Source: Vicinamibacterales bacterium
Lineage (GTDB): Bacteria > Acidobacteriota > Vicinamibacteria > Vicinamibacterales > UBA8438
Length of the DNA stretch: 64,000 nt
Assembly (NCBI GenBank): GCA_965204675.1
Contig: OZ242003.1
Span: 5,712,454 to 5,776,453 of the forward strand
Direction: 5' to 3'
Shown in pieces: positions 21,778 through 30,979 of this stretch. Numbering within the stretch: the first letter of the stretch is position 1; each line of letters begins with the position of its first letter. The notes under the pieces were generated by a model that was given only the letters and a program-made list of their open reading frames with translations, did no database searches and was not told where the DNA came from. The translations under genes and the position numbers were made by a program.

Positions 21778-23328
21778 ATGAGCAAGCGCCCCACCGCCGT
21801 CCTCGACCGCGCCATGACCGTCTTCCTCGCCGCCGTCGAGCGCGGCGGCAACGCGCTGCCGCATCCCGGCACCCTGTTCGCCCTGCTCGCCGGGGTCATC
21901 GTCGTCATCTCGGCCATCGCGGCGCGGACCGGCGTCGAGGTCGTCCATCCCGGCACCGGCGAGCTGATCCGGCCGGTCAGCCTCGCCACCGTCGAGGGGC
22001 TGCACCGCATCCTCACCGAGATGGTCACCAACTTCACGAGCTTCGCGCCCCTCGGCACGGTGCTGGTGGCGATGCTGGGCATCGGGGTCCTCGAGAGCAG
22101 CGGGCTCATCGCCGCCGCCCTGCGCCTGCTCGTGCTGTCGGCGCCCAAGCGGCTCCTCACGTTCGTGCTCGTCCTCGCCGGGGTCCTCTCGAACACCGCC
22201 AGCGAGATCGGCTACGTGCTGCTCGTGCCCCTCGGCGGCATCATCTTCCTCGGCGCGGGGCGCCATCCCATGGCGGGACTCGCGGCGGCGTTCGCCGGGG
22301 TGTCCGGCGGCTACAGCGCCAACCTGCTCCTCGGCACCATCGATCCCCTGCTGGCCGGCCTCTCGGAGGAGGCGGCCCGCATCGTCGACGACGGCTACCG
22401 GGTCAACCCCGCCGCCAACTACTACTTCATGGTCGTCTCCACGTTCATCATCGCGGGGGCGGGAACCTGGGTGACCGAGCGGGTCGTCATCCCCCGGCTG
22501 GGTCCCTACGAGGGTTCGACCGAGACGCAGGAGAGCGATTCGGACGTCATGCGGGCGCTCTCCGACGTGGAGAAGCGCGGCCTCTACGCGGCCCTGGCCG
22601 CGACGGCGGTCTTCGTGCTTTTCCTGCTCTGGGGCACGGTGCCAGCCGACGGGTTCCTGCGCAACCCGGACGACGGCGGGCTGCTGCGCTCGCCCTTCCT
22701 CTCGGGCATCGTGGCGTTCATCTTCATCGGCGGCCTTCTCATCGGCGTGGCCTACGGCGTCGCGACCGGCGCGTTCCGCAACGACGCCGACGTGATGAAC
22801 GGCATGGGCAAGACGATCAGCACGCTGGGCACGTACCTCGTGCTGGTGTTCTTCGCGGCCCAGTTCGTCGCCTACTTCAACTGGACCAACCTCGGCCTGA
22901 TCATGGCCGTCAAGGGCGCGGAGTGGCTGCGCGGCTCGGGCATGGGCGGCATCCCCCTCATGCTCAGCTTCGTGGTGCTCTCGTCGATCATCAACCTGTT
23001 CATGGGCAGCGCGTCGGCCAAGTGGGCGATCATGGCCCCGGTGTTCGTCCCCATGTTCATGCTGCTCGGCTACACGCCCGAGCTGACCCAGACCGCCTAC
23101 CGCGTCGGCGACAGCACCACCAACATCATCGCCCCGATGATGTCCTACTTCGCCCTCATCGTCGCGTTCTTCGAGCGCTACGACCGGCGGTCGGGCATCG
23201 GCACGGTCGTCGCCACCATGCTCCCGTACACGCTGGCGTTCCTCGCCTGCTGGTCGGTGCTCCTGATCGTCTGGATGCTGCTCGGCCTCCCGGTGGGGCC
23301 GGGGGCGGGACTGCGGCTCGAGCCGTAG
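21778..23328 (+). CDS. abgT: AbgT family transporter (p-aminobenzoyl-glutamate transporter family)
   Basis: 516-aa polytopic membrane protein with [58 protein letters not shown] and [18 protein letters not shown]. Confidence 0.9.
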   Translation: MSKRPTAVLDRAMTVFLAAVERGGNALPHPGTLFALLAGVIVVISAIAARTGVEVVHPGTGELIRPVSLATVEGLHRILTEMVTNFTSFAPLGTVLVAMLGIGVLESSGLIAAALRLLVLSAPKRLLTFVLVLAGVLSNTASEIGYVLLVPLGGIIFLGAGRHPMAGLAAAFAGVSGGYSANLLLGTIDPLLAGLSEEAARIVDDGYRVNPAANYYFMVVSTFIIAGAGTWVTERVVIPRLGPYEGSTETQESDSDVMRALSDVEKRGLYAALAATAVFVLFLLWGTVPADGFLRNPDDGGLLRSPFLSGIVAFIFIGGLLIGVAYGVATGAFRNDADVMNGMGKTISTLGTYLVLVFFAAQFVAYFNWTNLGLIMAVKGAEWLRGSGMGGIPLMLSFVVLSSIINLFMGSASAKWAIMAPVFVPMFMLLGYTPELTQTAYRVGDSTTNIIAPMMSYFALIVAFFERYDRRSGIGTVVATMLPYTLAFLACWSVLLIVWMLLGLPVGPGAGLRLEP

Positions 23329-23480
23329 CCGTCTGCGCCGCAGAACGGCGCACACGCCCGGCAGCCCGTGGCGAGAGCCCCGCGCCGCACCGCGCCCGGA
23401 GGGCGCCGACAAGGGGCCGGGACGGGCCACACGCGAGTCGGCGGGGCGGACGCCTGGCGCGCGAGGGCGAGCTGAGCGGT

Positions 23481-23563
23481 CAGGAGCCTGCGCCGCGGAA
23501 CGGCGCGGACTCCCGGAGGGTCGGTTGGGCGCCAGGCGGAGCCGAAGGCGAGGATTGGCGGGC
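23481..23563 (+). repeat. Dispersed hairpin repeat unit (best-preserved copy)
   Basis: caggagcctgcgccgcggaacggcgcggactcccggagggtcggttgggcgccaggcggagccgaaggcgaggattggcgggc. It ends exactly at the stop codon of the convergent VWA gene. Confidence 0.85.
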
Positions 23564-24888
23564 TACCGCACGCCCGGCCGGCTCGAGCTGGCCCCGAAGT
23601 AGGTGTAGTGCGTGCGGTGCTGCACTTCCACGGGTCCCCGTCCCCGCACCCGCACGAGCAGCCGGCGGGTCCGGACCGTCGGCTCGGGATCGGTCAGGGC
23701 GAAGCCGAGGATGTAGAATTCGCTGGTCTCGGCGTCGATCTCGCGGAACACGTCGTCGAAGTCGTTCCGGTTGATCATGGCCCGGCCGCCGGTCTGCTCG
23801 GCGAGCGACCTCAAGCTGTTCTGGGTCGTGAAGCTCCACTCGTCGAACGAGCCCCGTCCGGTCAGGAGGAAGTCCGCGGGCCCCGGCCTCGCGGCGGCCA
23901 GACCGCGGGGGTCGACGGTGTAGAACGCGGCGTTCGCCCGGTTCGCGGCCTCGGCGAGCTCGTCGATCCGCCTCGCGAGATCCCCGTCGCCCTCCAGGCC
24001 GTCCACGTCGCCGAGCGGGGCGTCCTGCCGCAGGAGGCGCGCGATGCCCTGGTTCACCAGCCCCGGCTCCCCGCCCCCCTCGCCGTGGTATCCCCGGCGC
24101 TCCGCCAGGAACGGATTGAGGTCGTAGCCGCTGCTGAAGTAGACGACCACCTTGCGGAGGTGCTGGACCTGCTCCAGGCTCTCGACGACGTTGCGTATGG
24201 TCGTGAACGCGACCCCGGCGCGCGCCATCAGCTCGGGGGTGTACCCCCGCCTTGGCGGGAAGTTCTGGATCAGCTCGCTGGGGTCGAACCCGTCGCCGGT
24301 GATGCGCTCGGCCGTCGAGTGGAGCAGGCCGCGATCGGTGGTGACCTGGATTGCGATCGCCGACGGCCCGGTGGACACGACGGCGAACTGGTCGCCCTCT
24401 TGAATGAGGTTCTCGGCCATCTCCACGAACGCCGTGCGGGCGCGAGGCGTCAGGCCGGCCGGAATGTGCAGGTCGTCGACGAGAACCATGAAGAGTCGGC
24501 CGGTCAACTCGTCCGGCGGCCGCGGCGGCGGCGGCAGGAGCAATCCGTTCTGGGCGCGCAGACCCGGCGCGAGCTGCTCGCTGACGCGCCCGGCCTGCAC
24601 GCGCACGAGGGAGGCGACCTCGCGCACCTCGCCCTCGTCCACGACCACGAAGTCCCGGGCAATCAGGTCGTCCAGGAAGAGGCCGTCACGGTCGCGGGGA
24701 ACCACGACGAGCGTGACCAGCGTGATGCCGGACTGAAAGTCCGGCCCCGGGTCGCCGGCGCCCGGCCGGTCCGTCGGACGGAGCACCTGCGACGGGTCCT
24801 GCGCGGCCGCCGGGGCCGCCAGGGCCGCAACGAACATTGCCGCGGCCAACCCAAGAGGCGATACAACGCGGGAAGCCGATGTCGTCAT
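23563..24888 (-). CDS. VWA-domain protein (VWFA-related acidobacterial-type)
   Basis: Signal peptide, then FVVVDEGEVREV, RLFMVLVDDLHI, KVVVYFSSGYD, AAFYTVDPRGL and SEFYILGF. This architecture is typical of acidobacterial secreted VWA proteins. Start at ATG 24888. Confidence 0.85.
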   Translation of the reverse strand: MTTSASRVVSPLGLAAAMFVAALAAPAAAQDPSQVLRPTDRPGAGDPGPDFQSGITLVTLVVVPRDRDGLFLDDLIARDFVVVDEGEVREVASLVRVQAGRVSEQLAPGLRAQNGLLLPPPPRPPDELTGRLFMVLVDDLHIPAGLTPRARTAFVEMAENLIQEGDQFAVVSTGPSAIAIQVTTDRGLLHSTAERITGDGFDPSELIQNFPPRRGYTPELMARAGVAFTTIRNVVESLEQVQHLRKVVVYFSSGYDLNPFLAERRGYHGEGGGEPGLVNQGIARLLRQDAPLGDVDGLEGDGDLARRIDELAEAANRANAAFYTVDPRGLAAARPGPADFLLTGRGSFDEWSFTTQNSLRSLAEQTGGRAMINRNDFDDVFREIDAETSEFYILGFALTDPEPTVRTRRLLVRVRGRGPVEVQHRTHYTYFGASSSRPGVR

Positions 24889-24901
24889 GTCTCTCGTCCT
24901 C

Positions 24902-26827
24902 TCACTCCGCCGGCCAGGCGAGGTCTGCGCGGATCCCGGACAGGTTCCCGGCGACGCGCACGGCGGCATAGAGCCCGCCCGCCCTGAGGCTCTCGAGGTC
25001 GCGGGCCGACAGCCGCAGCCGGCCGGACGACCGGGCGCGACCGCGCCCCCCCAGCAGGTGCGCGACGGGCCCGGCGCCGCCGCCCTCGACGGCGCGATGC
25101 AGGTGGACGAACAGCACGTCCTCGTCCGCCACGCCGTACACCGAGACGGAGTAGACCAGCTCGCGGCGGGCCCGGTCGAGCTCGAACCGCCCGCGCAGGC
25201 CGGCGCCGTTCGCCTCGGCCGCGGCCTCGATGACCACCGGCGGCGGCGGCGCCACCAGGCTCGGGGTGCTGTCGGGCGGGCGGCGGTGGCCGGTCGCCTG
25301 CTCGAAGGCGTAGGCGAGGCGGATGAGGTCGGACTCGGCGAACTCGCGGCCGATCATCTCCAGGCCCACCGGCATGCCGTCGACCGCGTACCCGGCCGGA
25401 ACGGTGATGGCGGGCAGCCCCGTGATGGCGCTGAGGGCGCAGTTGCTGCCGGGCTGCGCCAGGCCCACGGGGCGGGCGGTCTGGCGAATCGTGGGGTAGA
25501 CGAGCGCGGTCAGATCGTGCTCGTCGAGGAACCGCAAGACGGCAGCCCGCGCCTCGACCCGCCGGACCAGCCGGTCGCGATAGTCGTCGGTGTCGAGGGT
25601 CTCCACCTCGAGCGACGAGCGGAGGCCGCCGTCGATGATCTCGTGGTAGAGCCCCTGCTCCACCAGCTCGGCGAGGGTGCGCACCGGGGCGCCGGGGGTC
25701 TCGGCCAGATAGGCGTCGAAGTCGCGCCTGAACTCGAGGCCGATCACCGACGCGTCCTCCAGGAACGAGCCCAGGTCGGTCTCGCCGACGTCGACGATCT
25801 CCGCCCCCGCCGCCGCCATCGCCTCCGCCCCCGCCTCGATGACGGTGCTGACCGGGCGCTCGGCGCCGCTGTCGCCCAGCAGCTCGTGCAGCACCGCGAG
25901 CCGCGCCCCCTGCAGCCCGTCGGGGTCGAGGGCGTCCCGGAACGAGGCCGGAATGCGGCCCTCGCTCCGGGCCGTCACCGGGTCGGCGGGGTCGACGCCC
26001 ACCGTGGCGTCGAGCGTGATCGCGAGATCCTCCACCGAGCGCGCGAGGGGACCGCCGATGTCCTGGGTGGTCGAGAGGGGCACGATGCCGTCGCCGCTCG
26101 CGAGCCCCCGCGTCCCCCGCAGCCCCACCAGGGCGTGATGGGCGGACGGGATGCGGATCGACCCGCAGGTGTCGCTCCCCATGCCGACGGCGCCGAAGCT
26201 CGCGGCCACCGCAGCGCCGGTGCCGCCGCTCGACCCGCCGGGGTTCCGGGTCGGGTCGTAGGGGTTGCGGGTCTGGCCGGTGAGCGAGCTGACGGTGGTG
26301 ATGCCCCGCGCCAGCTCGTGCATGTTGGTCTTGCCGAGAACGATCGCCCCCGCCTCGCGCAGCCGCCGCACCTGGGTCGAGTCGTCGGGCGGCACGGAGG
26401 TCGCGAGGGCGATGGCCCCTGCGCTCGTCGGCATGTCGCCGGTGTCGTAGTTGTCCTTCACGACGACGGGGATCCCGTGCAGCGGGCCGCGCACCTGGCC
26501 GGCCGCGCGCTCGGCGTCGAGCCGATCGGCCTCGTCGGCGGCGTTCGGGTTGATGACGACCATCGCGTTCAGCAGCGGCCCCCGCTGGTCGTAGGCGTCG
26601 ATGCGGGCCAGGTAGCCCGCCACCAGCTCGCGCGACGTCACCTCGCCGGCGTCGAGGGCCGCGGCGAGCTCGGTGATGGACCGCTCCATGACGTCGAAGG
26701 CCGCGCCGCCGGCCCGGTCTTCCACCTGACCGCACCCGGCGCCGGCGACGGTCAACAACAGGACGAACGCGATGGCGAACGCCGGGCAGCCGGACCGGCT
26801 TCGCCGCGCACCCGAGCGTACCGTCAT
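24902..26827 (-). CDS. Amidase (amidase-signature family) lipoprotein with a C-terminal CHRD-like domain
   Basis: GPLHGIPVVVKDNYDT, GKTNMHELA and NPGGSSGGTGAAVAASFGAVGMGSDTCGSIRIPS (the AS signature). The C-terminus has VLFVHLHRAVEGGGAGPVAHLL and GGLYAAVRVAGNLSGIRADL (CHRD-like). Start at ATG 26827, lipobox TVAGAGC. Confidence 0.9.
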   Translation of the reverse strand: MTVRSGARRSRSGCPAFAIAFVLLLTVAGAGCGQVEDRAGGAAFDVMERSITELAAALDAGEVTSRELVAGYLARIDAYDQRGPLLNAMVVINPNAADEADRLDAERAAGQVRGPLHGIPVVVKDNYDTGDMPTSAGAIALATSVPPDDSTQVRRLREAGAIVLGKTNMHELARGITTVSSLTGQTRNPYDPTRNPGGSSGGTGAAVAASFGAVGMGSDTCGSIRIPSAHHALVGLRGTRGLASGDGIVPLSTTQDIGGPLARSVEDLAITLDATVGVDPADPVTARSEGRIPASFRDALDPDGLQGARLAVLHELLGDSGAERPVSTVIEAGAEAMAAAGAEIVDVGETDLGSFLEDASVIGLEFRRDFDAYLAETPGAPVRTLAELVEQGLYHEIIDGGLRSSLEVETLDTDDYRDRLVRRVEARAAVLRFLDEHDLTALVYPTIRQTARPVGLAQPGSNCALSAITGLPAITVPAGYAVDGMPVGLEMIGREFAESDLIRLAYAFEQATGHRRPPDSTPSLVAPPPPVVIEAAAEANGAGLRGRFELDRARRELVYSVSVYGVADEDVLFVHLHRAVEGGGAGPVAHLLGGRGRARSSGRLRLSARDLESLRAGGLYAAVRVAGNLSGIRADLAWPAE

Positions 26828-26984
26828 CTGTCGCCTCCTTGCTTCACGATCGCGAACGGTGATGGTACACCAGACCGTCCCGCCCGCCTCGGAACCCGCG
26901 GCCGCGACGACTCGCCATTCGACCGCTCGGTTCCGCGCGCAGCGCCGTGGAACGCGGACGTCCCCCCGCAGGTACAATGGCCCG

Positions 26985-28622
26985 ATGACGACCCGCTGGA
27001 CGGCGGCAACGGCGGCGGCGATCCTCGTCGCGGCGGCGGTGGTGGCGCAGGACCCGGCGCCGGCGCCGGGCAGCGGCTCGATTCGGGCCGGCGACCTCGA
27101 GGCGGACGTCCGGTTTCTCGCCGCCGACAGCCTGCGGGGCCGGCTGACGGACACGCCCGAGAACCGGATCGCGGCCGACTTCATCGCCTCGCGCTTCGCC
27201 CGGCACGGCCTGGCCCCCGTGGGCACCGACGGCACCCACTTCCACCGGTTCGATCTGCTCACGACCGCGCTCGGCCCCGACAACGACCTGCGGGTCACGG
27301 GAGCCGGACAGCGGGACCTCGTGCTCGGCCCGGCCTTCTATCCCGACCCCGCCAGCGCCACCGCGAGCGCGGCGGGGAACGTCGTGTTCGTCGGGTTCGG
27401 CATCGACGCCCCGCCCCGCGGCCACGACGACTACCGCGAGGCGGAGCTCGCGGGCGCGGTCGCCCTGATGCTCGACCACGAGCCGGGCGAGTTCCGCCGG
27501 GACAATCCGTTCGACGACACCATGCGCGCGGAGTCGGCGCGGCTCGTGCGCAAGGTCCTGGCCGCCCAGGCCCGCGGCGCGGTCGCGGTGCTGGTGGCGC
27601 CCGACCTCCACAACCGCGGGCGCACCCGGGGCCCGGCCCGGCCGATGGGCTCGGTGTGGCCGTCGCGGCCGCCCCGCGTGCCGCGCTACGGGCTCGCGAG
27701 CTGGGTCGAGGCGGTGGACATCCCCGTCGTGCACATCTCGGGCGACCTCGCGGAGCGCATCGCGGAAGCGGCGGACCGCTCATTCGACGAGCTGACGGAA
27801 GCGGCCGAGCGGCCCGGCGGAGCGGCGGCCCTCCCGCTGGCGGGACCGCGGGTCGAGCTGACGACCTCGGTACGGCGGACGACGGTGGCCAACCGCAACG
27901 TGGTCGGGTTGATCGAAGGGGCGGACCCGGCGCTGCGGGACGAGTGGATCATCATCGGCGCCCACTACGACCACGACGGCGCGCGGGGATCCGTCATCTA
28001 CAACGGGGCCGACGACGACGCGTCGGGGGTGGCGGCGCTCATCGAGATCGCCGAGGCCTACCGCGCGGCCGCGCGCGGGGGCGACCGGCCGGGACGGTCC
28101 ATCCTGCTCGCCGCGTGGAACTCGGAGGAGCAGGGCCTGCTGGGGGCGTGGGCGTACACCGAGGCGCCGCTGCACCCGCTCGACCGGACGGTGGCGGTCG
28201 TGAACATGGACATGATCGGCCGGGACGAAGAGGTCCCGCGGATTGGCGGCATCCGGTTCCGCGGCCTCGAGCCGCAGTCGGCCGAGTCGAACCGCAACGC
28301 CGTCAACGTCCTGGGCTACAGCCGGTCGCCGGACCTGCGCCGGGCGGTCGAGCGGGCCAACCGCGCGACGGCCCTCGACGTGCGGTTCCGCTACGACGAC
28401 AGCCCCTCGAACCTGCTGCGGCGCAGCGACCAGTGGCCCTTCCTGTTCCGCGAGATCCCGGCCCTCTTCGTGCACACCGGGCTGCACCCCGACTACCACA
28501 CGGAACGGGACACGCCGGAGAAGCTGCGCTACGACAAGATGACCCGCATCGTGCGGATGGTGCACCAGTTGAGCTGGGACCTCGCCGGCGATGCGGAGCG
28601 CCCGGCCTACGTCCGGCCCTGA
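26985..28622 (+). CDS. M28 family metallopeptidase with a PA domain
   Basis: NVVGLIEGADP, IIGAHYDHDG, GADDDASGVAALIEIA, WNSEEQGLLGAWAY, NMDMIGR and HPDYHTERD. Start at ATG 26985 (MTTRWTAATAAAILVAAA signal). Confidence 0.87.
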   Translation: MTTRWTAATAAAILVAAAVVAQDPAPAPGSGSIRAGDLEADVRFLAADSLRGRLTDTPENRIAADFIASRFARHGLAPVGTDGTHFHRFDLLTTALGPDNDLRVTGAGQRDLVLGPAFYPDPASATASAAGNVVFVGFGIDAPPRGHDDYREAELAGAVALMLDHEPGEFRRDNPFDDTMRAESARLVRKVLAAQARGAVAVLVAPDLHNRGRTRGPARPMGSVWPSRPPRVPRYGLASWVEAVDIPVVHISGDLAERIAEAADRSFDELTEAAERPGGAAALPLAGPRVELTTSVRRTTVANRNVVGLIEGADPALRDEWIIIGAHYDHDGARGSVIYNGADDDASGVAALIEIAEAYRAAARGGDRPGRSILLAAWNSEEQGLLGAWAYTEAPLHPLDRTVAVVNMDMIGRDEEVPRIGGIRFRGLEPQSAESNRNAVNVLGYSRSPDLRRAVERANRATALDVRFRYDDSPSNLLRRSDQWPFLFREIPALFVHTGLHPDYHTERDTPEKLRYDKMTRIVRMVHQLSWDLAGDAERPAYVRP

Positions 28623-29224
28623 GCCTGACCCGCCGGCGAGCCGCTTCGGTCCTCGAACGTGCAGACGCGCCGCATGCTCCGTTCCAGCAGGGCCAGGTAC
28701 CGGGCGCGCGGGATCTCGACGGCGCCGAACCGCTCGAGGTGGGGCGTCACCCACTGCACGTCCAGCAGCCGGTAGCCGCGGTTGCGCAGCCGCGCCACCA
28801 GGCAGCTCAGGGCCACCTTCGAGGCGTCGGTGACCCGGTGGAACATCGACTCGCCGAAGAAGGCGCCGCGCAGGCTGACGCCGTAGAGGCCGCCGGCGAG
28901 CCGGCCGTCGGCCCACACCTCGACCGAGTGGGCGTGACCCGCCTCGTGCAGGCGGCAGTAGCTCTCGCGGATCTCCTCGTCGATCCAGGTGCCGTCGGCG
29001 TCGTCCCGCGACGCGCACGCGGTGATGACGTCGCCGAACGCCTCGTTCACGGTGCAGCGGAACCGCGCCTGACGCAGCAGCCGGGCGAGACGCCGGGAGG
29101 TGCGAAAGCGGTCGATCGGAATCACCCCGCGCCACTCGGGCGAGAACCAGCGAATCTCGCCCTCCACGGCCATCGGGAAGTAGCCGGCCCGATAGGCACC
29201 GAGGAGGGTCGCAATCGGGATCAT
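28607..29224 (-). CDS. aat: Leucyl/phenylalanyl-tRNA--protein transferase
   Basis: LLGAYRAGYFPMA, IRWFSPEWRGVIP, HSVEVWADGRLAGGLYGVSLRGAFFGESMFH and DVQWVTPHLERFGA. Confidence 0.92.
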   Translation of the reverse strand: MIPIATLLGAYRAGYFPMAVEGEIRWFSPEWRGVIPIDRFRTSRRLARLLRQARFRCTVNEAFGDVITACASRDDADGTWIDEEIRESYCRLHEAGHAHSVEVWADGRLAGGLYGVSLRGAFFGESMFHRVTDASKVALSCLVARLRNRGYRLLDVQWVTPHLERFGAVEIPRARYLALLERSMRRVCTFEDRSGSPAGQAQGRT

Positions 29225-29420
29225 GACCCGTCTTCATCGTCGTCGCGGCGTTCCGCCGCCCGTACCCCTGGTCTTACAATAGTCGAGACGCGGCCCGCCG
29301 TTTCCAGGCCTCCGTTGCGAGGTCGGACGACCGCGGGCTTCCGTTGCGACGCCGGGGACGGCCCCGGGGGCCGGGCCGACGGGCGTTCGGCGGGATGAAG
29401 ACGATACTCTCGAGGATTCG

Positions 29421-29819
29421 ATGCGGAGCAGCAGCGTCCACACGTCGGAGGCGGTCACCCGGGGCATCCGGGTCAACGTCACGTCACGATTCTCTCATCT
29501 CGAGCCGCACCAGAAGCGGTGGTTCTTCACCTACACCATCCGGATCACCAACGAGGGCCCCGAGACCGTGCAGCTCGTCAGCCGGCACTGGATCATCACC
29601 AACGGGTCGAACGAGGTGGAGCAGGTGCGGGGACCGGGCGTGGTCGGGCACCAGCCGACGCTCTCTCCGGGACAGTCGTTCGAGTACTCGTCGGGCTGCC
29701 CGCTCTCGACGCCGTTCGGGTCGATGCGCGGCACCTACCAGATGGTGACGGCGGACGGCGCGACGTTCGACGCCGAGGTCGCGGAGTTCGCGCTGACTGA
29801 GCCGTACACCGTGCACTGA
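29421..29819 (+). CDS. apaG: ApaG (DUF525) protein
   Basis: FFTYTIRITNEGPETVQLVSRHWIITNGSNEVEQVRGPGVVGHQPTLSPGQSFEYSSGCPLSTPFGSMRGTYQM. Confidence 0.9.
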   Translation: MRSSSVHTSEAVTRGIRVNVTSRFSHLEPHQKRWFFTYTIRITNEGPETVQLVSRHWIITNGSNEVEQVRGPGVVGHQPTLSPGQSFEYSSGCPLSTPFGSMRGTYQMVTADGATFDAEVAEFALTEPYTVH

Positions 29820-29904
29820 CGCCGTTCCACACCGCCGCTCCTGGCGCGCCGCGGGCTCCGGGCCAAGCCCGGTCGCCCGCGACCGAATGGTCGGCCTGAC
29901 GAGG

Positions 29905-30699
29905 TCACGGGGACATTCCACCATCGCCCTGTCGACCCTCCGACCCGACCGCCGCGAGCCGAACGCCGGCCCCTTCCAGCCGCGCCCGCACCGCCACCGC
30001 GAGGTCTCCGGCTCCCGGCGTGTCGCCATGCAGGCAGATGGTGTCGCGGCGCAGCTCGATGACCTCCCCGGTCACGGTCGCAACCTCCCCGCTCTGCACC
30101 AGGCGCAGCGCCCGCGCCGCCACCGCGGCCGGATCGGTGATCACCGCGCCCGGCTCGCGCCTCGGCACCAGCGAGCCGTCGGGACGGTAGGCGCGGTCCG
30201 CGAACACCTCGGCCGCGGTCTGCAGCCCGAGCGCGTCGCCGGCCTCGACGAGGCAGGACCCCGAGCCGCCGAACAGGATCAGCCGGGCGTCGACCGCGCG
30301 CACCGCCCGCGCTATCGCGTCGGCCAGCGGCCGGTCGCGGGCCGCCCGGTTGTACAACGCCCCGTGAGGCTTGACGTGGTTCAGCCGGGTCCCCTCGGCC
30401 GCCGCCATCCCCGCGAGGGCCCCGATCTGGTACACGACCAGGTCCTCGAGCTCCTGCAGGTCCATGGCGATGTCCCGCCGGCCGAACCCCATCAGGTCCG
30501 CGTAGCCGGGGTGCGCCCCGGGGCTGACGCCGCGGGCGACGGCGAGCCGCACGGTCCGGCGCATGACCGACGGGTCGCCGCCGTGCGACCCGCAGGCGAT
30601 ATTGGCCGACGTCACGTGCCGGAACATCCGCTCGTCGTTGCCGATGACGTAGGGGCCGAAGGACTCGCCGACGTCGGCGTTCAGGTCGATGCGCTCCAT
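29905..30699 (-). CDS. pxpA: 5-oxoprolinase subunit A (LamB/YcsF family)
   Basis: [52 protein letters not shown] and [10 protein letters not shown]. Confidence 0.9.
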   Translation of the reverse strand: MERIDLNADVGESFGPYVIGNDERMFRHVTSANIACGSHGGDPSVMRRTVRLAVARGVSPGAHPGYADLMGFGRRDIAMDLQELEDLVVYQIGALAGMAAAEGTRLNHVKPHGALYNRAARDRPLADAIARAVRAVDARLILFGGSGSCLVEAGDALGLQTAAEVFADRAYRPDGSLVPRREPGAVITDPAAVAARALRLVQSGEVATVTGEVIELRRDTICLHGDTPGAGDLAVAVRARLEGAGVRLAAVGSEGRQGDGGMSP

Positions 30700-30979
30700 G
30701 ACCCGAATCATACGCCGGGTTCCCCGGGCCCGCGCCAAGCGCCCCGCGGCTTCCGACCGGCGATTCCGTCACTGTCCTCGGCGACTCGTCCCGCGAACCC
30801 GCAGGCCCGCGCGGCCGGCGCCGTCGACCGCTGTCGGGCCCGATCCGCCGACCGCCCTGCGCGCCGCCCCCGGGCCGAATCGCGAGCGGAAACGATCCGG
30901 TAAGATCATGCTCTCTCGAACGCCTCGACCCGGCGTTCGCGCCAATGGACACCGCAAGACGGAAGCAGAGGACAAGCAG

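Noticed and set aside
24887-29398. 1503-aa plus-strand ORF
   Set aside because: It is an open-frame artefact spanning the antisense of the amidase and off-frames of the M28 and aat genes. It has no recognisable domains and an extreme Arg/Gly/Pro content.
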